NCBI RefSeq assembly: GCF_009834535.1
Contig: NC_045697.1
Span: 65,598,001 to 65,662,000 of the forward strand
Direction of reading: 5' to 3'
DNA from: Camelus ferus
Lineage: Eukaryota
Length of the DNA stretch: 64,000 bases
The notes beneath the pieces were generated by a model that was not told the DNA's origin, did not search any database, and worked only from the letters and a program-made list of their open reading frames with translations. Below are positions 26,061-38,385 of the stretch, in pieces. The position numbers were made by a program, and so were the translations under genes. Positions within the stretch are counted from its first letter, which is position 1. Every line of letters starts with the position of its first letter.

Positions 26061-27414
26061 TCTGAAAATACACCATTGAAAAAAAAATTTTTTTAATAAA
26101 ATGAAATGAAAATACAGCATTGAAAACCAATCCCTGTTAAAATGCAAATACATCCTGGGAGACTGTGATTATAAGTAGCCTTTAGCATTAGCACATTAAT
26201 GGAATTTAGTTTATCAGATTATTTTTGGAGAGATTCGGACACAAGACAGGTAATTTTTGAGAATGAATAGAGAAACTTCTATGTCACAGTTAAGAATCTT
26301 ACTAAGAATGAAGGATTAGTTTGTTGCACTGAAAAAGAAGTTCCTGGTTAATAAGAGGGCAGTATTCATTTCTTGATAACATGTTATAACTCAGGAGGTG
26401 AATAACAAATTATTCTAAAACCTCAGCAATAAAGACTACTAGGGAAAAGAAAGTTGGTATTAATAGGTTTAGAGCTCCTATCCTAGCCAAAGGTTCTCAA
26501 TGGTAACTACATAATACTTCAGACTATGTATTTCAAAGGGGATAGAAACTGATGGTTACTATGGCAACAGGAAGTAGGTAGTGGTGCTGGCAACAGCAGT
26601 ATTCAGTCAGAGAGATAGCATCAACTTGTAAGGCTGTCTGCTTATGTCCCAGAGCAGTATGCGGGAAAGGAGAACCAACAAGGTCCAAGGTGGGCATCAA
26701 AGCTCCAGCCAAGCCACTGGGCTTCAGGGCCTAGCTTAATCCTAGCTGGAAAACTGGAGTATTGAAATGAAAGCCAAAACAAAAGACTAATCATATCAAA
26801 TGGGCCAATAATAAGGATTTTGGAAGACTGGAGCAGAAAAAAATTCCAGACATTATGCAATGGTGAAGTAAGCCTACCCAAGGCATTCATCTCTGGCTGA
26901 AAATCTGGATGGACCGAACCTGTTGTTTTACTTACTCATTCAGAACATACTCATTGAGCACCTATTATTTACCAGGAACTGTTCTAGGCATTGGGAGGTA
27001 TAACAGAACAAGCAAAGCCCTTACTCAAATGGAAATTATATTGTAGTAGAGAGAAAACAATAGATAAGCACATAAATATGTACAATAAAGAAAAACTGGA
27101 AGGTAAGAATGAAAGGAAGGAGAAGCAGAAAGGGGGATGTTGCCACCACATAGTGGGTGCTCTCAGAAGGCATCTCTGAGAAAGTGACATTTGAGTAGAG
27201 ACCTGAAAGAGGACCATTTATGAGCCATGAAGATAGTGGGGAGAAAAGGGGGACAACAAGTGCTCCAGGCAGAAGGAACATTGCAAAATTCCCGAGGCAG
27301 AACCTAGTTTAACAATGTGGCTGGAGCAAGGTGCAATGGGGGGCAGGGGGCAAAGGGGATGGTAGGGCAGAGGATAAGAAATAAGATCAGAATGGGAGTT
27401 AGGCAGGATGGATT

Positions 27415-27830
27415 CCATTAAGAATACTGATGCTTAGATCCCACTAAAGTTCCAGTTGTGTCTTTTTTGAGATATTATTGACATATAATATTATCTTATT
27501 TTCAGGGTACAACATACTGATTTGCCACTTGTATATAGTGTGAAATGATCACCACAGTAAGTCTAGTTAACATTCGGCACCATAGATACAAATTTATTTT
27601 TCTTGTGATGAGAATTTTTGAGATCTCTTCTCTTAGCAACTTTCAAATACACAATACAGAATGATTAACTATGGTCACAATGCTGCACGTCACATCCCCA
27701 CTACTTATTTATTTTATAACTGGAAGTATATGCCTTTTGACCCCCATTACCCATTGTATCTCAACTGGGGACTGGGAGGCATCTGAAGGTCTTAAATCCT
27801 CTCAGGTGACTCTGATTCACATTAAAATCA
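27415..27830. mobile_element. MER5-family MITE inside the L2, itself split by an L1 3' end
   Basis: Left part aagaatactgatgcttagatcccac; right part ctgggaggcatctgaaggtcttaaatcctctcaggtgactctgattcaca. Confidence 0.6.
27464..27753 (-). mobile_element. L1MA9-like 3' UTR fragment
   Basis: ttgagatattattgacatataa...tttttcttgtgatgagaattttt...cttagcaactttcaaatacacaatac...ataactggaagt. Possible TSD ttgtgtct/ttgtatct (27456-27463, 27754-27761). Confidence 0.85.
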
Positions 27831-30214
27831 CAGGTACAATATTTTGAAGCCGTTTAAATGACTTTGGCTTTCACTCTGAGAGAGGAAACCAAGGAAGGGT
27901 GGGCAGAAGGGTGACATGATTGGACTTATTTTTAAAGGTCCACTCTAGGTGCTGTGTGGAAAGTGGGGGGGGGGGGTGCTGGAAGCAGGGAGACCATGAG
28001 GAAGCCACCATAATAATCCAAGTGAGACATGATGGGGGGTGGACCAGAGTGGTTATGGTGGAAGAGGTGAGAAGTGGTTGAACTTGAATATATTGTGAAG
28101 GCAGCTCTGACAAGATTTTCTAAAAGACTGAATGTGGAGTATGGAAAAGAGGAGTTAAAGATGAGTCCAATGTCTTTGGCTTCAGTAATTGGAAGAATGA
28201 ATTTGCTATTTACTGAGATTGAGAAAACTATGGGAAGAGCAGATTTAAGAAGCCAAATGAGAATCAGCCTTTGGCATGACAGATAATAGGAAATGCTTAT
28301 TAATTATCTAGACAAAGATGCCAAGAAAGTTGCTGCATATGTGAGTTGGATGTTTAAGAGAAAGTTTTAGCTGGAGATAAATGCTTCGGGATGACTGAAA
28401 TAGAGTTTTCATTTTAAGTCGTAAGACTCAATAATATCACTATGGATGTGTGTTTACCTAGAGGAGAAAGATGTCTAAGCATCTGTGACAATTTAATATT
28501 TAGAGGAGGGAGAGATGAAAAGGGTATAAAAGAGTTAGGGAATGACCAGCCACTGAGGCAAGAGAAAAAAAAAAAAAAAAACGAGTTCTTATTAAGAAGC
28601 TAAATTAAAAAAAAGTTTCAAGGAGATTCAAATGAACAATTGTCAAGTGATGCTCAAAGATCAAGTGTGATGAGGATTAAGAATTAATGATTTATTTTGT
28701 AGCCAGTGGTCACTGGTGACCTTGACAAGAGCAAATCTGGGAGAGTGAAAGGAGCAGGAATTATAATTAGATTGGAGAGAAAAAAAAAGAGTGAGAACTG
28801 AGACCATGGAGATTCTGAGAATAGGCACTTTTTAAAGGGGGTTTTCTAAAAGAAAGTGCTGAATGTGGGAAGGGTTCCTGGGGTGGGATGTGAAGTTGGG
28901 GGAAATTTTTTTTATGAAAGAAAATATGCTATGTCTGTATATTGATGGAATGAAATAGTAAAGAGGGGAAAACTCAAGATGCAGGAGAGACAGGAGAACT
29001 ACTGGGATTCAGTGCACAAGTGGAGGGTTTGGATTTAGGAACGCAATCCATCCGTAGTAAGAGGAGAGAAGTTAGAGCATACGGCATACATTCAGATAGG
29101 TTGGAAGATATGGTGGTGGGAGACCTTGGATGTTTATTTCTGACTGCTTATTTTACTCAAAGAAACGGGAGCCAAGGGCATCACCAAAATATAAGCAGCA
29201 AGATAACGGTCCTGGAGATTTAAAGAAAGAGAAGCTAGGAATGGCTGTTCTGAAGAATGGGAGGGACAGTAGACTGGTGAAGTATAATGGAGTTCCTAGA
29301 CAAGACTAAAAACCTCTTTGAAACAGTGGTCATGATTGTAAGATGGGACCCATCAGCATGATTGTGGGTTTTTCTCTATCCTCTCTATCTTCAGCTGCCT
29401 CAATATAAGTGTGGGGTCAAGAGAATAGATTTCACCAGAATTGGTGTTTGCCAGATAAGCATGGTAGATGACAATGAGGGAGTTGAGAATATAGGTAAAG
29501 AAATGATCTCTATTATGAATCACAGAATCTGAGCTGTATAGGAAGAAAGTGGTAACACAAGGGAGATTGAGGATACCAAAAGCATGGCATGAACACTGGA
29601 CTGTGGGTCTGGATAGGACTGAAGGATTGTTGCAGTCAGTGTCAGAAGAACAGGATTGGAAATAATAGGAAGTTGGCTCTGGGATGACACATCTGATATT
29701 GAGATGATGAAGAGAGTGCTGGCATTAGAAATGATATGACTTGAGAGTGGGTGGCTGAGGTGGGAGAAAAGACACACTCTTTGGAGAAGGAGAAGCCAAG
29801 AGACTGAGAAGTCGAGTACTGGAAAATAATGTCTACGTGAATAATCACATCACCAAGAATAACCACAGAACTAGAATTTGAGGGTGATAGGGAGGCAAGT
29901 GATAAAATCTTTCAGCAGGGCTAGAGGAGTGACACAGAGTCAGCAGATGACTGCAGTAAGAATGAGCAGCAAGTAGCAGAGTCTGGTAGCATGAATTTCG
30001 AAGCGAGAAAGCTTCAGAGACGAGTCTAGAATTAATTCAGGGGCAAGGAGGACACCTACCCTGATCCAGTCACAGTGGTATGAATGTCATCGAAGAAAAA
30101 AATAACCACCACATGAGAAGACCAAAGGCAATGTGGTATCCCCAGAGTTCTGGCAGGTTCCACTTAGCAGAAGAAGGTAAAAGGAGATTTCATAAAACAG
30201 ACTGAGGGTACAGA

Positions 30215-30315
30215 CAGGGTAACTGTGTGTCCTGGTTTGGGACAGCCTTGATTTTGCCAGGTATCCCACTCTCAAGATTATTCCCATCAGAACAATAAAC
30301 TGCATCATCGTCTTA
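30215..30315. mobile_element. MER94-like (hAT-Blackjack) MITE inserted in the L2 endonuclease coding region
   Basis: agggtaactgtgtgtcctggtttgggacag...cactctcaaga...acaataaactgcatcatcgtctta resembles MER94. Removing it rejoins the L2 endonuclease peptide. Degenerate 8-bp flanks ggtacaga/gacacagg. Confidence 0.65.
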
Positions 30316-31834
30316 GACACAGGGTTCATGGGGACCATAGGATTCCGTAGAGCAGAATGGAAGAGTCTGGAGAGTTGGACAGGGATAGGAAAATTGGTCA
30401 AAACCAGGAGGTGCACAGATTCAAATCATTAACAGAGGAGGAGTGACCTGGGAGGCTTGGATTTTTCATGACGACCGCCCTCAGAGACCTAGAAACAGTA
30501 TGGACTCTAGGCTTTAAACCAATTGGCCAGTTGGTAAGTGTGAGGTGACAGGTGGTGTGAGCATGTTGCCAGGAGCATGGTGACAATGGCGGGGCAGAGA
30601 CCTGACGAAGAGCAGTCTCACCAGGAGCTGAGAGATTTGATGGCATTGCTGCCTATGGCTGAGGGATGCTGGGAAAGGTAGCAGCTGACTCGCTAGACTG
30701 AAGGATAAAGTGGGAACCAAGTTCATAAAAGAAAGAAAAAAAAGACTGTGAATAGAAAACAAATTTCAACTGTTATTTAGTTTTATGTGTAGTAATTTTG
30801 GGTCTTATGTCCCTCAAACCATTGTGGAACCACAATGGCCATATTCTCTCCTGGTTGTTCCATTCCCCTTCCCCTTAGAGCTCTATAGCATCACTTGGCA
30901 CTGAGTAAAAATGCCAAAGTGGATGACAGTTTATGTGCCAGCAGCAGAGAGAGGGAAGAGCTCACTTGAGCTTCAGTAATATACGGGCTAGGGGCATGAC
31001 CTTAGCACTGGAGTTAGGCCCTTATCACAGAAATGAATAATCAGACTGAACACAACTTGAGGGAAAAACAAGACAAAATACTAAACAGCTTGAGTCTATG
31101 AAAATGCCAGGAGTCCTGGGCTGTCATTCCACGGGGCATAGAGATAGCAATGCATTTTCTGTATTTGCCCTTTTGCCAAATGATTCAAACAAATATATGA
31201 TTCAGTTTAGCACTTCACCCTGCAGCTGGGAGCTCAGATCTCACTGGCATATTTTCTGCTCTCCAGAAATCAGAGTTTTGAGCTCTGTGTCAGTTATCAC
31301 ACAGTGAAAAAGAGAACCAGTGAAAGAATGAAACAACACACAGAGATCATTTCCAGCAGCCCTGCCAACACATTTCTGATGCCTGGGATTGGGTGTTGGT
31401 TTTGTTTATTTAGTATTTTTTTTAACTTACTTTTGTTTCTAATAATCTTCATAGATGTTTGAAATCAATTAGTCTTGATTAGATATTTTATCAAAGAGTA
31501 AAGGAGAAAACTGAAACTGTATACTTCTGAGACTCTCCTATGCATGTTAACTTTAGTTATACTATGCCAGGTCTTATAGCACAGGAAGCAATCTGTAAAT
31601 AAAGATTTTTTCCTCGATGCCTGGGAAATATATTTATCAGTAGATAGATTCTATAAATTAAAGTGAAAATAATAAAGTAGTGTCTTGTGTATATAAAGAT
31701 GACACTACTAACCCACCATTATCAGAGCATGTACTTTTAAAGTTGCTTTTTTTATATAGTGATTTAATCCATGATGAAAGACGGACTTTCTCCAATTCTT
31801 CTTTTAATTAGTTACATTCCATTCCAATTTATCT

Positions 31835-32222
31835 AGTCATTCACTCATTCCTTTAATCAACAAACATTTATTCAGTGGCTGCTAAGTACTGGAAGCTCTG
31901 TATTTTAGGCACAGAGGATGCAGAGGTGGATTCTTTTCATGAGGCTGGGGCAGTAAAATGCTGAATAGCACCTACCCCGCAGAGAGATGTCCACAGTGTT
32001 ATGAGGACACAGAGAAGGAGAACCGAGCATAGCCTGGGGGATGAGGCTGGTTCACATCACAAAGGCTTCCTAAAGGAAGTAATGTCAAACTTAGAGTAAG
32101 TGGGACTTAATCGAGTAAAAGAGAAATAGGAATAAGTAGGATGGGGAAGAGAGCCTGCACAAATGCATGGAGGCAAGCAGAGCAGAGTACCTGCAAGAAA
32201 TGAAACTTAGATATAAGGTGCT
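31835..32222 (-). mobile_element. L2 3' portion (continues briefly after the MLT2 LTR)
   Basis: cattcactcattcc...caacaaacatttattcagtggctgctaagt; aaggcttcctaaaggaagtaatgtc. Confidence 0.8.
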
Positions 32223-32944
32223 TGTCTTAGTCAGGAGAAATAGGATCAATAGGATACAGGTGCATATAGTTATAATAGATACAGATAGAGATGCAGACAC
32301 AGACATATATATTCTATATATAGTTTCATGTATATAATGATAAATATCTGTAACCTATGTATATAATTTCATATACATAATACACACATATATGTGTGCA
32401 TATATGTATATACACATATATATGTGTGCATATATGGGTGTGAATATACGTTTACATATGTATGTGTAAACACACATACCCACACACACAATGACATTTA
32501 TTATAAGGAATTGGCTCATAAGATTACAGAGTCTGAGAAGTCCTACAAACTGCTGTCTGTGAACTGGGGACCCAGAAAGCCAATGATGTAAATTCTAGTC
32601 CGAGTCCTAAGGCCTGAGAACTAGGAGTGCTGATGGTATAAATCCCAGTCCATGGGCAGGAGCAGGCTGATGTCTTGGCTCAAGCAATCAGGCTGAGAGG
32701 GAGGATTCAGCCTTCCTCTAAGTTCCTGCTATACTATTTCTACCTTTCTGTTCTCCTCTCACCCTCCACAGGTTAGATAGTGCTCACCCACGTTGGGGAG
32801 AACAGTTTGCTTTGCTCAGTCCACCAAGTCAAATGCCAGTGTCTTCCAGAAACACATTCACAGACACACCCAGGAATAGTGTTTAACCAGGTATCTGAGC
32901 ATCTCATGGCCCAGTCAAGTTGGTGCATAAAATTAACCAACACA
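32223..32944 (-). mobile_element. MLT2 (ERVL) solo LTR with internal TA/CA-rich expansion
   Basis: TG...CA ends. Perfect 5-bp TSD gtgct (32218-32222, 32945-32949). MLT2 motifs tttattataaggaattggctca and ggcccagtcaagttg..cataaaattaacca. Confidence 0.92.
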
Positions 32945-34679
32945 GTGCTCCAGTGCAGTGAAGGGGAAAAGAGATGTAGTCTGTGCTGTGGATCAGAGAC
33001 ACCTACTGGGCCCTGTATCATCTGAACCTGCTAATTGAATGTCAGTTCTTTTAACTAAATGAGCAAAAAGGTGTGAAAAGAATAACCAAAAATATTTGAA
33101 AAGGAATTTCTGGATTGGAAAGAAGATATAGCCACTTTGGATCTCAGTTTTCTTCCTTATCTTTAAAACTGTGGAAATGGAATAGATGAATTCTGAGATT
33201 TCTTCTGGAGTTAATATTCAATAAGTCTTTGGACCGTATGTTTTCCCACTTTCTTCCCTGAAGTTATCGTAATTAAATTGTATTTTATTTTTTCATTTTT
33301 GCCAAAATGATGAATGGAAAATTATTTTATTTTTATTTTTACTTTTCTAATTAATAAGTTGAACACTTCTTCAAATGTATATTAGCTCTTTTACATCGTC
33401 TACATATTGCTAAATTATTTCTTTTTCCCCTTTTTCTATTGACTTAATTGTTATTATCAGTTTTATACCACCTTAAAAATATCGATGGTAGTACTTTGTT
33501 TCTTTTGTTACTCTACCTTTAGCCCTTCAGGCTTTTCTATTCCAATCCAAGCTCACATCTGCATTTACACTGTCAGTTAAGCAGATGTACTGGCAGGCAA
33601 ACACGATTTAGTCAGGTCCTAATATAAATCCACATGCCCAAGTGTACACTTCAGAAGACAACATTTCTTTTTGCCAGGCGGTGCTTTCAAAGAGCAGCAT
33701 TTACTTTTCGAAAAATGGGAAAAGCTAAATGGTTATGTAAATATGCCTCTAAGCTGTCCACTGTTTGCTATCTTCTTCTTTACCCCTAAGATTGTTAACA
33801 TAAATAAGAATTTTATAAAACTTAGTTCCTTGGTGAAAGGACTCAAAGTTTTTGAAATGTTTTTCTATGGACATTTCTAATTAAGACATTGGACTTTCAT
33901 GCCGGTGTATTTGTTTCCATTACATTAAGCTGTAGACCTTTAACACATACTTTGAATTTTTAAGGTTTTTTCAGAACCCCTCCTTTCCTCAGTAAGAGAA
34001 TTAGGAGCCTATGTAAGTTTCATTTATGTTCTTGTGGGTCCCAGACCCTGGATGTCCTTTCATATCTTCAAAGGGTCCCTTCCTCTCACTCTTACTAACA
34101 TGTTGTGTTCTACTATGATTTTCTTTTTCTCACCTGCTGCCTACACTTCTTCTGCTAAATTTATAAATTTATAAATGCCATGATTAGTAGCATATCCTTT
34201 TGCTTTTTCATTTCTCATAATAATTGTCATCTTGGGTATTACAGCTTCTGATTACAAATTTCTCCTTTCTTATTAAACATCTATAGATCTATTATTTTCC
34301 ACATTTAAATCAATATGTTTGGCAAAATCCTTTAGGGCTCTGTTGTCTGGCATCAACTCAGCCTGAGTAGTACTAAAGTTTCAATGCCTTGATAGTTTTT
34401 TGGGGCAATAACTGTATTACAATATAAAACCATACTTCTGTTTGGTAGACAATAACCTGTATTTCTGTGTTTTCGGTTTTCCCTTTATTTCTTCTGTTAC
34501 ACATGATATGAAATACTGGAATGCAAAGGTGAAAAACAGGTTTTAAAAAAGTCCATAACTGAGGATGGAGTTCCTCATTTTATGTCATGAGGAACTGATT
34601 TGTGATGTAATCTGAACAAATCACATTAATAGTTTCCATATTTAACACTCAACATACACACTTCTATCTAAATTTCAGC

Positions 34680-35395
34680 TTTTATTTATTAATTTTAAAT
34701 TGTGGTAAGATAAAATTCGCTGTCTTAATCATCTTAAGTGTATAATTTAGTAGCATTAAATACATTTGCATGGTTATACACCATCGCTATCCTCCGTCTC
34801 CAGAATTCCTCTCATCTTGCAAAAGTGGAGCTCAGTGACCATTCAACAGCAACTCCTTGTCCCTCTCTGTCCCCGGGCCCCCAGGAAGCGCTCTGCTGTC
34901 TGCTTTTATGAATCTGACTATCTTAGGAACTTCATATAAGTAGAATCATACAGAATTTGCCCTTTTGTGACTGGCTTATTTCCCTTAGCATCATGTCCTC
35001 AAGGTTCATTCATGCTGAAGCATGTGTCAGAATGTTTTTCCTTTTTAAGTCTGAGTAATATTTTCTTGTATGTTACCACATTTTGTTCATCTGTCCACTC
35101 ACTTAAAGGCACTTGAGTTTCTTCCACCCTTTGGCTGTTGTGAATCAGGCTGCTATGAACATGATGGTACAAATATATTTGAGTCCTTTCTTTCAGTTCT
35201 TTTAAGTATATGCCCAGAAGTGGAATTGCTGGATCATATGGTAATTCAGTTTTTAATATTTGGAGGAATCACATCCTGTTTTCCATGGTGGCTGCACCAT
35301 TGTACATCCCCACCAATTGTGTACTAAGTTTCCAATTTCTCCACATCCTCACCGTCTGATTTTTTTGAAAGTCATCATCCTAATGGATATGAGAG
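34680..35395 (-). mobile_element. L1MB-type 3' end
   Basis: aattgtggtaagataaaatt...tcatataagtagaatcatacag...cccagaagtggaattgctggatcatatggtaattc. Confidence 0.9.
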
Positions 35396-35769
35396 GCAAC
35401 ATATAAATTTAAATTCTATTTTAATATTCATTTTTAAAAGGTACTGTTTTGGCTAACAAACTTGAATAACTATAATCTCCATCATTTACTCCAATAGATA
35501 CTAGATTCTAGCTGAGAGGTAGAACTCCATCCAGCTCACAGAAAAGGCTCACCCAGTAGTTGATTCTCCAAGACAGAAGAGACCAATAACCTAAAAACCT
35601 ACCTCCAGCAAGTGAGGCAAATCTGAGGCATGTATAGTTCGACAGAACAAAATGAAAACAAAACCGTCCTATTCTGACACACCCAACTGAGAAGTGTTGC
35701 TTTTCCTAAACTCTCTGGGAATTAGCCCTTACCTGTTGTTATCCCCAGAATTCATCACAGATCCTTCAG

Positions 35770-35910
35770 TTTAATCATTTTATTTTATAGATGAGAAAAT
35801 TATACCTAAAAAGCTAAAATGATTTACCGAAGGCCACATAGCTAATTGGTGTCAAGATTTATGACTATGCCCACATCTCTTAATTCCTGGGCATTTGTCC
35901 TTTCTACCAC
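35770..35910 (-). mobile_element. MIR SINE
   Basis: cattttattttatagatgagaaaatt...gatttaccgaaggccacatagcta. Confidence 0.75.
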
Positions 35911-35969
35911 AGTTTAAGAATTTTAGTCTCTAATGTCCTCCCAAAGCTAATTAAAATTCACATCACAAT

Positions 35970-36130
35970 CTGAGTGATTCTCAAAGTTTAGAGAGTACTA
36001 AGCATCACCTAGGGAGGTTGCACAAAAGGCTTATGCTCTAAGCTCAGATATTAAGATGAACTGGGTCTGGGGTGAGACCAGAAGAATTACATGTTTAACA
36101 AGCAGTCCAGGTGTTTGACTGTTCACAGGT
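35970..36130. mobile_element. MER5-family MITE
   Basis: agtgattctcaaagttt...catcacctaggg...gggtctggggtgagacca...tttaacaagcagtccaggtg. Confidence 0.7.
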
Positions 36131-36182
36131 TATCTTCTGTGAATCACTTTTTGGGCATTATTTCAAAGCCCTCGTCCCGAGA

Positions 36183-36366
36183 CCACTGATCCTCCAAGTG
36201 TGGACCTGAACCAGCAGCATCACACCGCCTGGGCACCTGTGAGAACTGTAGACTCTTAGCCCACCAGAGTGACCTCGTCAGAGGTTCTCGGGGTGAGACT
36301 GGAAAACTGTATACCAACAGGCTCCTCACGTGACTCTGACGCAACTCGGGTTGAAGAGCCCCAGCC
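36183..36366. mobile_element. MER5A MITE
   Basis: ctccaagtgtggacctgaaccagcagcatcaca...aacaggctcctcacgtgactctgacgca...gttgaagagcc. Confidence 0.75.
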
Positions 36367-36699
36367 TAGGCCATAGTTTAGCCCAAGCAAGCCACTCACT
36401 CTGTTCTCACTGTGTTTATTGCATTCCAGCCAGAGGATTTAGGTACCAGAGCTCCAGGTGCATCTAGGTAATCTAAAATCTTTTATCACCTTAATTGATA
36501 CTACTTGGCTTTTTGAAATGTGTACATGATTTTCGTAACTGTTTCGACACCAAGGAACAAAACCTTTGTTATCTTTGCTGCTCACATGCAGTTAATCAGA
36601 AAGTAGAGGTTAAGTGAGGGGCACATCAAGTGGCAAGTGTTGCTTCTCCCCTTGTGACAGCGTTTATTTTTTAGGAACAAGACAACACTTACCTGCTTT

Positions 36700-37680
36700 G
36701 CTGCACATCTCTACCTGGATGCCCTGCCAGTGCCCCTGCCAGCCACATGTCTAACACTGAACGAATTATCTTTCTTTGCAAGTTGATGCTTATCTTTCTG
36801 CATTCTATATTTCTGTTTAAAGCGCCAGTAACATCCTTGCCATCCAGCCTGGAAACAAAGAGTCATTTTCATTACTTTCATCTTTCTTACCAGAGCCAAA
36901 TTAATTGATTTAGATATCAGTTCTGCCTCTGCAGCATCTCTCCCATTTGTGCCTCCTTTTCCTTCCTCCTTTCAATTTAGTAACTCATGTTATTATTGCT
37001 ACCCTCCTGGACTATAGAAATAACTAACTGATTGGCCCCCTTCCGCCAATTGATCTTCCCTCAGCATTGTTCTGATAGCGATCCGTGTTTGCTCAAAAGC
37101 CTGTAAGTGTTCCACTTTCTCTCAAGTGTAGTTTGTTTATCCTGGCATTCAAAGGTCTCTACAAGTTGGCATTATCCTTCCTTTCAGTCTTCATATATTC
37201 ATTATTTTCATTCAGAAATATTCATTGAATACCTGTCCTGTGCTAAACATTTATCTAGGCATTGTGTTTTCCTTTTCGTGTGCCTTATATCCCTATCAGA
37301 CTAAGTTACTGGCTTTCTTCTATGTGCCTCAATATTCTTATACACCAAGTGTTGCTCGTTTCGTTCCTCTCATCAGGAATCCGTTCCTCTCACTGCCTTC
37401 TTCTGTCCTTTGGCTATTCATCCTCAAGGTCTGTCTCAGCTGTTACTAAGAAGTCTTTCCTGATTCTTTTGCTTAAAATACTTCCTTTCTCCATTATCCT
37501 CTCAGTAACTTTTCTCTCCCCACATGTGACTTCTTCTGGATATCATAATAGTCTGTGTCTGTCCTAGGTTCTTTTCTGCTTTGGCTCAGGATTCGTACTT
37601 GATTCATCTGTTTACCTCTATGTCTCATAGGGATAACTCATATAAATATTCTGTAAATCTTTAATGAATTAAATTAAATA
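36700..37680 (+). mobile_element. L2 3' portion
   Basis: cacatctctacctggatgccct; ctcctggactat; ctggcattcaaaggtctctac; terminal ataaatattctgtaa...tgaatt. Confidence 0.75.
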
Positions 37681-38111
37681 GCACAGTTTTAAGCTTGATT
37701 CTTAGTCTTTTTTTCCCTGACATAAATGACTGAAACCTTCTTTGATAGTAATCAATCTCAAGTTACTCATGAGCTCAGACCCCCAAATTTCTAACCCTGG
37801 GTCCTCATACAGAGTTCCTAAAGGGACTAGATATTTTTGTATTTTTATTATGTCCTGGATGGTACAACTTCTTCATTATCTTTAAAAACTCTCAGTAAAA
37901 TAATTTGTCTTATAAATAGAATAATAGATCTCAACACTTCTCAACCTCATTTAAATTATCTGTCTAGTGTGTGTTTAACTGAGTCTGTTACTTTGATCAG
38001 AGAAGGTTAACATATGGAATTTTGTGTATTTGGGATGGTAAAATGATCAATTGTATGTATTTTATTTATAGTTTTGTCTAGAAGGCTGGGAAGCAAGCAG
38101 GAAGGACAGCA

Positions 38112-38385
38112 CAGTGCCAGGCTAGGATCAGGCAGGTTTGGCACTCACCTCTGGTGCAAAAACCCTCAATAATCACAATTTATAGAGAAGGCTTCATGTG
38201 ACCCTGGCAGAGCCAGTCTTTATTTGACATTTTGATATTTTGTTCAGTATGGATTTTAAAATTAATTTTGATTTTTTTTAAGTATTGCATTAAAATATTA
38301 TTTATTTTGACCACTGAGTTTGGTGCTCCCTTAAATTTTGTGCCCAAGCAAAAAGTTTTACTCATCTCAACCTAATCGAGGCCCA
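38112..38385. mobile_element. MER96B-like hAT MITE
   Basis: cagtgccaggctagg...ggcactcacctctggtgcaaa; tttgatattttgttca...gtattgcattaaaatattattta...ctcccttaaattttgtgccc. Confidence 0.7.

Larger units (their letters stand above)
26932..30400 (-). mobile_element. Long, near full-length L2 LINE including the N-terminal APE endonuclease region
   Basis: 3' end tcattcagaacatactcattgagcaccta at the left. Minus-strand translation gives FHSALRN, SFYLLLLSGT (cf. LLALTETW), GVGVLL, FEIHA..L..AVI, VILGDVIIHVD (cf. GDFNIHVD) and SPTSATH in the expected order. Confidence 0.85.
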
